A stretch of 64,000 nt of DNA. It comes from a virus (lineage: Duplodnaviria; Heunggongvirae; Uroviricota; Caudoviricetes). The stretch lies in the IMG/VR virus record IMGVR_UViG_3300013285_000009, positions 12,984 to 76,983 of that record, one strand, 5' to 3'. Under the pieces are notes generated by a model. It was given only the letters and a program-made list of their open reading frames with translations, made no database searches and had not been told where the DNA came from. Within the stretch, counting starts at the first letter, position 1, and each line of letters opens with the position of its first letter. The translations under genes and the position numbers were made by a program. This document shows positions 26,784 to 35,140 of the stretch, piece after piece.

Positions 26784-27227
26784 ATGAAAAAAGGTCACAT
26801 GTTAGCTACGATGTTAGTCATTGCTACTAACGCCCATGATGGTCAATACGACAAAGGTGGCGCACCTTATATTCTGCATCCCTTGAAAGTCATGCACTAT
26901 CTAAAGTCCGATGATGAGGAACTACTGTGCATGGCTCTTGGTCATGATGTTATTGAAGACACCTCAGTTACTTACAAGGATCTGCGTGATGCAGGTATCT
27001 CTGAAAGAGTTATCAACGGTATCTGGAGACTTACAAAACAACCCGGTCAAACACTTGACGAATACAAAGCAGGTGTCTTTGAAAATGTTGATGCAATGAA
27101 AGTCAAAATGGCTGATTTGCGACACAACACCGATATTCGCCGGCTGAAAGGTGTGACTGAAAAAGACATTGCTAGGATGGCCAAATATCATCTTTTTTAC
27201 ATGGAAATCAAAGCAAGATTAGGTTGA
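26784..27227 (+). CDS. small alarmone hydrolase (SAH; stand-alone RelA/SpoT HD domain)
   Basis: NAHDGQYDKGGAPYILHP..ALGHDVIEDT..MADLRHN HD-hydrolase signature; 147 aa; RBS AAAGAAAGAG. Confidence 0.7.
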   Translation: MKKGHMLATMLVIATNAHDGQYDKGGAPYILHPLKVMHYLKSDDEELLCMALGHDVIEDTSVTYKDLRDAGISERVINGIWRLTKQPGQTLDEYKAGVFENVDAMKVKMADLRHNTDIRRLKGVTEKDIARMAKYHLFYMEIKARLG

Positions 27228-27252
27228 CATTAAATGCTTTTGGTGATATAAT
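27224..27252 (+). promoter_or_regulatory. family promoter
   Basis: GGTTGACATTAAATGCTTTTGGTGATATAAT. Confidence 0.6.
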
Positions 27253-27281
27253 AGACACATAGATTAACAAATAGGAATAAA

Positions 27282-29426
27282 ATGATTCTGAATTCTGCTC
27301 CCCAAGATCAAGCTGTTCTGTCTAATGTAGGACAGATCGGTGAGTTCCGCATTCGTAATAGTGCGAAGGCATTCTCTATTCTTTCTTCGGGTCTTTACGC
27401 AAATAAAGTTCGTGCTATCATTCGTGAACTTTCGTGCAATGCGATTGACTCGCATACCGCAGCCGGTAAAAGTTCTACCCCGTTCGATGTTCACCTGCCA
27501 AATTCACTTGAAGCATGGTTCTCTATTCGTGACTATGGTACTGGACTATCGCACGATCAGGTTACTAGCATCTACACCACGTACTTTGAAAGTACCAAAA
27601 CTAATTCGAACGAATTCATCGGTGCACTGGGTCTAGGTAGCAAGTCTCCCTTCTCTTACACTGACAACTTCACGGTTACTGCTATTCAAAATGGCCGTAA
27701 GGGTGTGTACACTGCATTCATTAATGAACACGGTGTACCCTCTATCGCCCAAATGATGGAAGAAGAAACCACTGACCCAAGCGGTGTTGAAGTTAAGTTC
27801 TCGGTTAACGACCGTTACGACTTTGATAAGTTTCGGCAAGAGGCTCGGCAAGTTTACACACACTTCAAACAGCGCCCTGTAGTGTCCGGGGCACATGATT
27901 TCAAATTCATTGATACTGATTACCTTGAAAGAGATATCATCCCCGGTGTCCATACTGTCAGTGATTCGCGTAGCAGCTATGCGGTCATGGGTAATATTGC
28001 ATATCCAATTGATGTGCCTAGGGCAGACTCCACGATCAACGAAGCAATGAAGGCAATGCTGCAATGCGGCCTGGTGATTGAATTCAGTATCGGTGATCTT
28101 GACTTTCAAGCATCACGTGAAGGTCTGTCTTATGTACCGATGACTATCGCAAGCATCAAACGCAAGTTGGAAGAACTAACTGCTCAATTGTCAATTCACA
28201 TTGCGGTTGAAGCTGACAAAATTGATAACTTGTGGGAACGTGCTGTTTATCTGGCAAAGCGTAAGGGTGAAGCATTGTGGTCACAGGCTGTCGTTAAGTA
28301 CGTAACCGACACTAAGTTTCCTTTGCTGGACGCGGTAAGTCCACGCTATCGTTATGATCAACTGAAAAAGTTCAAACTGACTGTCGCGGATCTAGCATCC
28401 AAGTATAACATTGTGTTGAAGGGCTTTAGTCGTAGTCGCGGTGTGCAAGTTGCTTACAACTTGAAAAGTAATAGTGAGTATGATCAGGCTACCAACAAGC
28501 ATGTTGCGTACTGGGGTATCACTGTTAGCACGGATGCATTCTTTGTGTTCAACGATACAAAGACCGGAGCACTGGAGCGTAGTAAGTTTCACTGGAAGAA
28601 TGCTACTATGAATAGTCACAGTGAAGTGATCTATGTCATTGAAGCAGCCGATAAGAGTAAGCCGGTGCAGAAGGATTTGTTCTTGAAGGACATCATGAAT
28701 CCTCCTGAAAGTAAGATTCTGAAGGCAAGTGATTTGCGGATGCGCGAACGTGCAGCTAACATGGGCAAGAATGTAACTATTCTGCAACTTACCTCACGCT
28801 CACGTGGATACAACTCTACAATGGTTTGGGCAGACGCGGGTAAAGCTGATACGTTTGACAAGTCTACAACTTTTTACTATCTTCCTCTGAGCGGCTTCTC
28901 TTCATTGGGTAAGGTCAATGACGTAAAAGTATTGCATGAAAATCTGAATAACAGCAACCTGTTCACCGGTACTATATACGGTGTTCGTAAGGCTGATATG
29001 GATTTTATTCTGACTCAAAAGAATTGGGTCAACATTGATACAATGATTACAGGGAAATTGACTAAGTTGGGTCAGGCCGATGTGATGGGAATGGTCAAAC
29101 AGGCTATTGACTTTAAAGAGTTTTTTCAGTATAATGTGTGTAAGCTGATCAAGAAAGATAGTCCATACAAGGTGTTGCATGAGACTTTCAAGGACGTGAA
29201 AGTTACAGATCCAAAGCAGCGACACAGTTTGGAATTTTTGTGCAATGCATACAACGTAACTACTCAGGCAAATATTGACCCAAGTAAGTTGATTGCTAAG
29301 TATAAAGATGACATTAATGCACTTAAAAAACGTTACCCGTTAATTAAGGTAGTGAGTAAGTACAGCGTAGAAGATGCCGATTTGGCCGAATATATTAATT
29401 TGATTGACAACAGTAAAGGTATTTAA
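27282..29426 (+). CDS. Hsp90/HtpG-like GHKL ATPase
   Basis: N-box IRELSCNAIDS (compare HtpG LRELISNASDA), G1 IRDYGTGLS, G2 IGALGLGSKSPF; 714 aa. Confidence 0.5.
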   Translation: MILNSAPQDQAVLSNVGQIGEFRIRNSAKAFSILSSGLYANKVRAIIRELSCNAIDSHTAAGKSSTPFDVHLPNSLEAWFSIRDYGTGLSHDQVTSIYTTYFESTKTNSNEFIGALGLGSKSPFSYTDNFTVTAIQNGRKGVYTAFINEHGVPSIAQMMEEETTDPSGVEVKFSVNDRYDFDKFRQEARQVYTHFKQRPVVSGAHDFKFIDTDYLERDIIPGVHTVSDSRSSYAVMGNIAYPIDVPRADSTINEAMKAMLQCGLVIEFSIGDLDFQASREGLSYVPMTIASIKRKLEELTAQLSIHIAVEADKIDNLWERAVYLAKRKGEALWSQAVVKYVTDTKFPLLDAVSPRYRYDQLKKFKLTVADLASKYNIVLKGFSRSRGVQVAYNLKSNSEYDQATNKHVAYWGITVSTDAFFVFNDTKTGALERSKFHWKNATMNSHSEVIYVIEAADKSKPVQKDLFLKDIMNPPESKILKASDLRMRERAANMGKNVTILQLTSRSRGYNSTMVWADAGKADTFDKSTTFYYLPLSGFSSLGKVNDVKVLHENLNNSNLFTGTIYGVRKADMDFILTQKNWVNIDTMITGKLTKLGQADVMGMVKQAIDFKEFFQYNVCKLIKKDSPYKVLHETFKDVKVTDPKQRHSLEFLCNAYNVTTQANIDPSKLIAKYKDDINALKKRYPLIKVVSKYSVEDADLAEYINLIDNSKGI

Positions 29427-29427
29427 A

Positions 29428-30438
29428 ATGAGCTATCCATATTTGATTCAAGGTGCTAACATCACCGTTGTGATTGGTAACGTCCCTCACACAATCAGCA
29501 AAACCCATCTGACCTACGAACAGGTTAAAGATGCTATTAAAGCCGGCGACTGGGAAACAGTCAAAGACATTATCGAACCTAAGAAAGTTATTCTGAATTA
29601 TGGTCGTGGTAATGTAAGTGTCCAAGGCGATCAATTGTTCTGGAAGGGCAAGGAATTTCACAGTGCATTGGCAAGTCGTATGATTGCAATGTTGCAAGAA
29701 GGCTTCACTATTGAGCCCATGGTTGAATTCATGGAAAACTTGATGACTAACCCTTCGCGTCAAGCTGTCAATGAACTGTACGGCTTCTTGGAAAAGAACA
29801 ACTTGCCCATCACCCCCGATGGTTGCTTCTTGGCTTACAAGAAAGTGCGTGACAACTATTTCGACGTGCATTCTGGCACGATGGATAATAGTCTCGGCAA
29901 TGTGGTTTCTATGGAACGTAACGAAGTTGATGACAATCGCAACAACACTTGTTCGGCTGGCCTGCACTTTTGCGCACAAAACTATTTGAAGTCATTCGGT
30001 GGTGAACGTGTCGTGATTGTTAAAATCAATCCTCGCGATGTAGTCTCTATTCCAACTGACTACAATGAAGCTAAGGGTCGTGCTTGTCAGTATGAAGTGA
30101 TCGGTGAAGTTGGTTCTTCGGAAGATGACACCAATGCTGCATTCAGCAAGCCTGTTCAATCGAATGCTAGCAACAATACTTTCGTTCGTGCAAATACTGA
30201 ACCAAAGTTGGGTTCATCTGACTTCTATCGTGGTTACTCTGATGGATTCTGTGGTAGTTCGTACAATCTTCAAGTAGCCAATGCACTGCATTATCGTGAA
30301 GGTTACGAAAAGGGTGAAGATGCTTCTCGGAATGATTCGGTCGAAGTGTATCGTTTTGTTGCATCCGTGACTAAAACAGCAGGTAATGCCCCGTCTTACT
30401 GGGACGGTGGTTCTTGGCCTCTTTCAGGTAAGTTCTAA
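29428..30438 (+). CDS. hypothetical protein
   Basis: in-frame ATG 1 nt after upstream stop; ORF-track start 29404 is TTG. Confidence 0.4.
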   Translation: MSYPYLIQGANITVVIGNVPHTISKTHLTYEQVKDAIKAGDWETVKDIIEPKKVILNYGRGNVSVQGDQLFWKGKEFHSALASRMIAMLQEGFTIEPMVEFMENLMTNPSRQAVNELYGFLEKNNLPITPDGCFLAYKKVRDNYFDVHSGTMDNSLGNVVSMERNEVDDNRNNTCSAGLHFCAQNYLKSFGGERVVIVKINPRDVVSIPTDYNEAKGRACQYEVIGEVGSSEDDTNAAFSKPVQSNASNNTFVRANTEPKLGSSDFYRGYSDGFCGSSYNLQVANALHYREGYEKGEDASRNDSVEVYRFVASVTKTAGNAPSYWDGGSWPLSGKF

Positions 30439-30445
30439 ATAGTGC

Positions 30446-30474
30446 TTGACTTTAATCTTGAATGGTGATATAAT
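30446..30474 (+). promoter_or_regulatory. family promoter, divergent variant
   Basis: GCTTGACTTTAATCTTGAATGGTGATATAAT. Confidence 0.5.
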
Positions 30475-30506
30475 ATGTTATCATTTAAGATAAAGTAGAG
30501 TACAAA

Positions 30507-30986
30507 ATGGCATTTATTCAAAATTGCGCAGCAAGCGACATTCAATCGGGGCTTTTCTATAAAGATCCGGGTACTAACAGTATGCTGATTAGTATCACTG
30601 ATCCTGCAGGATGGTCTCCCGAGGCAATGCCCAACTTCAGTGAACGTCATAACTTTGAGTTCCTTGACATTGAAAAAGATGATATCGTATTCGATGAAGA
30701 ATGCCGAGTAAGTGATGCACAGGCTGCTGAACTTGTTCGATTGCTTCAATACGCCATGTCTAATGACATGAACGTTATCGTGCATTGCACTGCCGGAATC
30801 TGTCGCAGTGGTGCAGTGACTGAGATTGGTGTTCAGTTGGGCTTTGCTGATACTAAAAGATATCGTCAACCCAATTTGCTTGTCAAACATAAGATGTCGA
30901 AGTGTCTGGGTTGGACCTACGACGAAGACGAAGTGTCCGCGCCAATTAATATGAGCGCACAATTTGATTGGGAAGGTGATATCTAA
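30507..30986 (+). CDS. dual-specificity/cysteine phosphatase (HCX5R-S)
   Basis: VIVHCTAGICRSGAVT P-loop; 159 aa. Confidence 0.65.
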   Translation: MAFIQNCAASDIQSGLFYKDPGTNSMLISITDPAGWSPEAMPNFSERHNFEFLDIEKDDIVFDEECRVSDAQAAELVRLLQYAMSNDMNVIVHCTAGICRSGAVTEIGVQLGFADTKRYRQPNLLVKHKMSKCLGWTYDEDEVSAPINMSAQFDWEGDI

Positions 30987-31447
30987 TGTCTAAGTGTTAT
31001 CAATTGGTTGGAGTACCTGCTGCAGGTAAGTCTACTTGGGTTAAGGACCAATCTTGGGCCAAAGATTATGTTCATGTATCAACCGACATGTGGGTTGACA
31101 TGGAAGCCGAACGTCAGGGTAAGACCTACAACGAAGTGTTCAAAGACTATATGCCTCATGCTGTAAAGCTAATGGCTATCCAAGTTGAAAATTCCCGTGA
31201 ATTAGGATTGGACATTATCTGGGACCAAACATCTACAACGGTGAACAGTCGTAAAAAGAAGTTCCTGATGTTACCTGACTATGAGCATATTGCGGTTGTG
31301 TTTGCAACCCCTGAACTTAAAGAATTGAATCGTCGGTTGAAGTCTCGTCCTGGAAAGGACATCCCTTCATACGTGATGGTTCAAATGATCAAGGGATTTC
31401 AAATGCCTACCCTTGACGAAGGCTTTTCTACAGTGATGAAAGTATAA
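30986..31447 (+). CDS. polynucleotide 5'-kinase (T4 Pnk kinase-domain-like P-loop kinase)
   Basis: LVGVPAAGKSTW (compare T4 Pnk IGCPGSGKSTW) and ELNRRLKSRPGKDIPSYVMVQMIKGF (compare T4 [25 protein letters not shown]). Confidence 0.7.
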   Translation: MSKCYQLVGVPAAGKSTWVKDQSWAKDYVHVSTDMWVDMEAERQGKTYNEVFKDYMPHAVKLMAIQVENSRELGLDIIWDQTSTTVNSRKKKFLMLPDYEHIAVVFATPELKELNRRLKSRPGKDIPSYVMVQMIKGFQMPTLDEGFSTVMKV

Positions 31448-31529
31448 TTATGTTATTCCTATCATCACTTACGGAGAGTACGGTGTTTTGTGTTATCGTA
31501 TGCGTGACTACTATCGTAAATCGTTTCGC

Positions 31530-31558
31530 TTGACACTAAACAAATATTATGTTATACT
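31530..31558 (+). promoter_or_regulatory. family promoter, divergent variant (TTGACA-N17-TATACT)
   Basis: GCTTGACACTAAACAAATATTATGTTATACT. Confidence 0.45.
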
Positions 31559-31583
31559 GAGTTTTTAATTTAAAGGAAATAAA

Positions 31584-32435
31584 ATGTTTTTGATTATGAT
31601 TGGTTTGGTTTTTGGTATCGCTATTGCAGTTGCTTGCAGTGTCGCACTCAAGCAGACATTCATTGGCATCGTAGCCGGCGCCGCATTCTTTGTTGCTGCA
31701 CTTGGGTTCTCTACCGTGACAGTAATTACTGCAGGCCATACAGGTGTGCAAGTTACATTGGGTGAAGTTAATCCTGTCCCGCTGACTGAAGGTGTTCACT
31801 TTGTGAATCCAATTAGTCATGTTACCGATGTTGATGTGCGCTTACAGAAGGCGGAGCTTAAAGCTGCCCAAGCAGGCACTAAAGACTTGCAGGTTGTGCA
31901 TACTGACATCGTAGTCAACTTCCGACTTGATCCACAAAAGGTCCCGCATATCTATAAAGAGTATGGTATCAACGTAGATGAAAAGGTTCTTGGCCCTGGT
32001 ATTAATGAAGCATTCAAATCTGTTACTGGTCATTATACTAGTGAAGAATTGGTTACTAAACGTGATCTAGTCAGCACTGAAATTTTACAGCACTTGATTG
32101 CCAAGATGGCGCCGTTCAATATCACTGTAAGCAACATCAGCTTGGTTAACTTTGGCTTCAGTCCGGCGTATCAAGCAGCAATCGAAGCAAAGGTTATTGC
32201 AACTCAACAAACTGCCAAAGCAGAACAAGACTTGGCTCGTATCAAGGTGGAAGCCGCAAGTCGTGTTGCACAGGCTAAGGGTGAGGCAGAGGCCATCAGC
32301 ATCCAAGCACAAGCTATCCAAAGTAACGGTGGACAGAATTATGTTCAACTGCAATGGATCGGCAAGTGGGATGGAAAGCTACCGACTACAGTACTCGGTG
32401 GTGATAGCAAGACATTGATGAACATCGGTAAGTAA
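31584..32435 (+). CDS. SPFH/band-7 (prohibitin/HflK-like) membrane protein
   Basis: N-terminal TM; GHTGVQVTLGEVNPVPLTEGVHFVNPISHV..QVVHTDIVVNFRLDP SPFH core; Ala/Gln-rich coiled-coil tail. Confidence 0.75.
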   Translation: MFLIMIGLVFGIAIAVACSVALKQTFIGIVAGAAFFVAALGFSTVTVITAGHTGVQVTLGEVNPVPLTEGVHFVNPISHVTDVDVRLQKAELKAAQAGTKDLQVVHTDIVVNFRLDPQKVPHIYKEYGINVDEKVLGPGINEAFKSVTGHYTSEELVTKRDLVSTEILQHLIAKMAPFNITVSNISLVNFGFSPAYQAAIEAKVIATQQTAKAEQDLARIKVEAASRVAQAKGEAEAISIQAQAIQSNGGQNYVQLQWIGKWDGKLPTTVLGGDSKTLMNIGK

Positions 32436-32443
32436 TATTACTC

Positions 32444-32482
32444 CAGAATTCGGTTGACATTAAATCCGAATTCTGCTATAAT
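32444..32482 (+). promoter_or_regulatory. family promoter with its -35 in the loop of a 10-bp hairpin (CAGAATTCGG ... CCGAATTCTG)
   Basis: seen directly: CCAGAATTCGGTTGACATTAAATCCGAATTCTGCTATAAT. Confidence 0.55.
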
Positions 32483-32614
32483 ACATACATAGACAGCAAC
32501 ACACTGGAGCACACAATGACAAGATTCATCCGCATTAGCCCAACTAGACTCCTAGTACGCCGTGTCCAAAACGGGTTCATTCGTCTTACAGTAATTCGCA
32601 ACTAAGGACACAAG

Positions 32615-32776
32615 ATGAAGCGCACTAGAGAACAGTTGGTCGAAGAGATCATACGCTTGGAGATCGAGTGTAGCAAGATCGTGGCTCAAGCGGGTGGCAC
32701 AATATACGGCAGCGACCTGTTCCCCAAGTACTTAAAAGTCAGTCGCAAGGTTCAGAAACTACAGGCTCAATTATGA
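32615..32776 (+). CDS. small hypothetical protein (53 aa)
   Basis: RBS AAGGACACAAG; ATGA overlap with next gene. Confidence 0.35.
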   Translation: MKRTREQLVEEIIRLEIECSKIVAQAGGTIYGSDLFPKYLKVSRKVQKLQAQL

Positions 32777-33006
32777 ACGAACGAATCAAAGCACTTTGTG
32801 CTCAAGTCAAAGCTGACATTTTTAAAGACATGGACGCACCAGAGACGACCGAGTTTGGAAGTAAAAGTGCAAATGACTGGGCTGAATTGTATAATACAAG
32901 ATTCGCCGAGATGATCGTCAATGCAACCTGTAACATTATCCTACACTATGACAATGTTGATGAAGGTGTTGCAGTGGCTAAGAAACATTTTGGGATTGAA
33001 GAATGA
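32773..33006 (+). CDS. MNERIK small-protein family member a
   Basis: MNERIKALCAQ..FAEMIV..HFGIEE; paralog of 33003, 49206 and 52190. Confidence 0.5.
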   Translation: MNERIKALCAQVKADIFKDMDAPETTEFGSKSANDWAELYNTRFAEMIVNATCNIILHYDNVDEGVAVAKKHFGIEE

Positions 33007-33233
33007 ACAAAGAACTAATCCAAAAATTGTTTAGTAAGTCCTGCTGGGACGAGCAAGCAGAAGTAGACATTGAAGATTTTATCAGTGTCAAAAAGTTCGC
33101 CGAGTTGATTGTTAAGGAATGTGCCGATATCTGTATGGAACTTGCTGCAAAGTGTGCAGGGTTACCGAATGAAGGTGCATTAGCAGTAGATTGTGCTAAT
33201 TTAATTAAACAAGATTTCGGAGTTGACGAATGA
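33003..33233 (+). CDS. MNERIK small-protein family member b
   Basis: MNKELIQKLFSK..FAELIV..DFGVDE. Confidence 0.5.
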   Translation: MNKELIQKLFSKSCWDEQAEVDIEDFISVKKFAELIVKECADICMELAAKCAGLPNEGALAVDCANLIKQDFGVDE

Positions 33234-33427
33234 CCGAAGATGAAGATGCACGTGTAGAAAAGATTTTTGAACTACAGCAAGAGATAATTAGGTTGCGTGG
33301 TCAGATAACATATCTTCAGGAAGAACTTTCTAGCGTAGAAGACGAGATGGATAAAAAAACTGATCGGTATGAAAGACAAGTTGCCGATCTTGAACAACAA
33401 TTGGGCGATGCCCTATACAGGAGTTAA
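33230..33427 (+). CDS. small coiled-coil protein
   Basis: 65 aa; heptad-like LQQEIIRLRGQITYLQEEL. Confidence 0.4.
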   Translation: MTEDEDARVEKIFELQQEIIRLRGQITYLQEELSSVEDEMDKKTDRYERQVADLEQQLGDALYRS

Positions 33428-33429
33428 AA

Positions 33430-33762
33430 ATGTTTGATTGGTTTAAGCGCCCAAAGTTCGTAGAGCAAACTACAGCAACAGATGATATGATGCTAGGTGA
33501 TCATGAATCATCGGCACTGCCGTTATCAAACGTAATGCCGTTTATGCCAAAAGTAGTTGCCCCAAGAGATACTACAAACGACGATGCAATGTACACCATT
33601 GGTCGCAATGATGCAGGGAGAATTCAACTGCGTATGAACGGTGGAGGTTACGGTTATAGTTCCCTTACATTAACAATGAATGAATCCGCAGTGCGGTCTC
33701 TGATTCGCCAGCTTGAAGCAGCATTGCCTGAAGAGGAGGAGGAAGAAGATGATCTATCTTAG
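33430..33762 (+). CDS. hypothetical protein
   Basis: 110 aa; acidic tail EEEEEDD. Confidence 0.4.
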   Translation: MFDWFKRPKFVEQTTATDDMMLGDHESSALPLSNVMPFMPKVVAPRDTTNDDAMYTIGRNDAGRIQLRMNGGGYGYSSLTLTMNESAVRSLIRQLEAALPEEEEEEDDLS

Positions 33763-34045
33763 TTTTAGTATTAGTAACCCCTTCAAAAAACGATTTGAAA
33801 ACGTGTATTCCAAATCAGGGCAGATCACTGAATACAAGTGTTATGAATTTGAAGTGACACGCAATAGTGAAATTATCAGTGGCCACATTAGTCTGACAGC
33901 CCGGCAAAGCCATGCAGGTTTGGACATTTCAGTTAGTCTATTCAGCTGGGAAGTTTCATTTAATATATGTGATTCTAGGCATTGGGACCATTCTAAGAAT
34001 GCATGGGAAGTATACGATCCTAGGACATACGACCCCAGAGACTGA
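33749..34045 (+). CDS. hypothetical protein
   Basis: ATG preceded by strong SD GAGGAGGAGGAAG. Confidence 0.4.
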   Translation: MIYLSFSISNPFKKRFENVYSKSGQITEYKCYEFEVTRNSEIISGHISLTARQSHAGLDISVSLFSWEVSFNICDSRHWDHSKNAWEVYDPRTYDPRD

Positions 34046-34059
34046 CATTGAAATAACGG

Positions 34060-34088
34060 TTGACATTAAATCATTTTGGTGCTATAAT
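34060..34088 (+). promoter_or_regulatory. family promoter
   Basis: GGTTGACATTAAATCATTTTGGTGCTATAAT plus leader AGATTCTTAAACAGCAACAAACAGGAAG. Confidence 0.6.
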
Positions 34089-34122
34089 AGATTCTTAAAC
34101 AGCAACAAACAGGAAGAACGAA

Positions 34123-34497
34123 ATGGCACGTAAGACTAAAGCAGAAATGGCTCTTGAATTGGCAAATCAAAATGCCTATCTTGAAGCAACGGCAGCAGCA
34201 ACGTACCTTAGTCGTTTGATGGCGGCGCTGGAGGAAGCGACACGCAATAGCAACTATGAACTCACCGTTCATGATAGCATGTTTGTATTGTATGACCGTA
34301 CTGAAAGCGAATTTTTTGCTGACTTGAATCCGGAATACAACAAAATGACTGACGCATCTTTGGATCAGTTGGAAAACGAACTTCGTTGGAAAGCAACCCA
34401 ACGTGCCGAAGCAAGTGCAAAAGCACTTGCCCGGAGCACTGCGCTTGCAAAGTTGACCAAGGAAGAGCGCGAATTGTTGGCATTGCCCAACTATTAA
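34123..34497 (+). CDS. hypothetical protein
   Basis: 124 aa. Confidence 0.45.
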   Translation: MARKTKAEMALELANQNAYLEATAAATYLSRLMAALEEATRNSNYELTVHDSMFVLYDRTESEFFADLNPEYNKMTDASLDQLENELRWKATQRAEASAKALARSTALAKLTKEERELLALPNY

Positions 34498-34501
34498 ACG
34501 G

Positions 34502-34530
34502 TTGACATTAAATGGTTTCGGGTGTATAAT
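34502..34530 (+). promoter_or_regulatory. family promoter
   Basis: GGTTGACATTAAATGGTTTCGGGTGTATAAT plus leader AGAATCTTAAACAGCAACAAATAGGAA. Confidence 0.65.
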
Positions 34531-34562
34531 AGAATCTTAAACAGCAACAAATAGGAATCAAT

Positions 34563-34835
34563 ATGACTTTGCAAGAACTCAATCTCGCTATTCTCTCTGG
34601 TACTTTCTCTAACGAAGACCTGAATTCGATCACTGATGCAGTCAAGTTTGTCCGCGCCCAGCTTGCAAGTAAGGCTAAATGTACCCTGACTGTCGGCTCC
34701 AATGTGAAATTTACGAATACCCGGACTGGTAGCCTGGTTATCGGGACAGTCAACAAGGTCAATCGTAAATTCATCATCGTCAAGTCAGGACTGACTAACT
34801 GGCGCGTCCCGGCAAACATGTTGGTTGCTGCTTAA
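34563..34835 (+). CDS. hypothetical protein
   Basis: 90 aa. Confidence 0.45.
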   Translation: MTLQELNLAILSGTFSNEDLNSITDAVKFVRAQLASKAKCTLTVGSNVKFTNTRTGSLVIGTVNKVNRKFIIVKSGLTNWRVPANMLVAA

Positions 34836-34858
34836 TTTTTAAACTCTAAGGAAAAATC

Positions 34859-35071
34859 ATGGAAAAAGCTATCGTTGTTTTGGGTACTATCGTTGTTGGC
34901 TTTGTTGGCCTTCTGTTCATTGGCTTTCTGCTCTCATGGCCTGTCTATATGCTATGGAATGGTTGCTTGGTTGGTGCAGTCGATGGCGTCAAGGAAATCA
35001 CTTGGATGCAAGCTTGGGGCATCAACGTTCTTTGTTCAATTTTATTCAAAACAACAGTGTCAAAAAGCTAA
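34859..35071 (+). CDS. small membrane protein
   Basis: two hydrophobic helices; RBS AAGGAAA. Confidence 0.4.
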   Translation: MEKAIVVLGTIVVGFVGLLFIGFLLSWPVYMLWNGCLVGAVDGVKEITWMQAWGINVLCSILFKTTVSKS

Positions 35072-35078
35072 AAAAAGG

Positions 35079-35107
35079 TTGACATTAAATGGTTTTGGTG
35101 ATATAAT
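35079..35107 (+). promoter_or_regulatory. family promoter
   Basis: GGTTGACATTAAATGGTTTTGGTGATATAAT plus leader AGATACTTAGACAGCAACAAATAGGAA. Confidence 0.65.
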
Positions 35108-35140
35108 AGATACTTAGACAGCAACAAATAGGAACACAAA

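Noticed and set aside
27633-30962. Minus-strand ORFs 27633-28109, 28392-28787, 28631-28861, 28902-29225, 29395-29979 and 30435-30962
   Set aside because: All antisense to long, motif-supported plus-strand genes (GHKL ATPase, 29428 gene, DSP phosphatase); none has a plausible start context.
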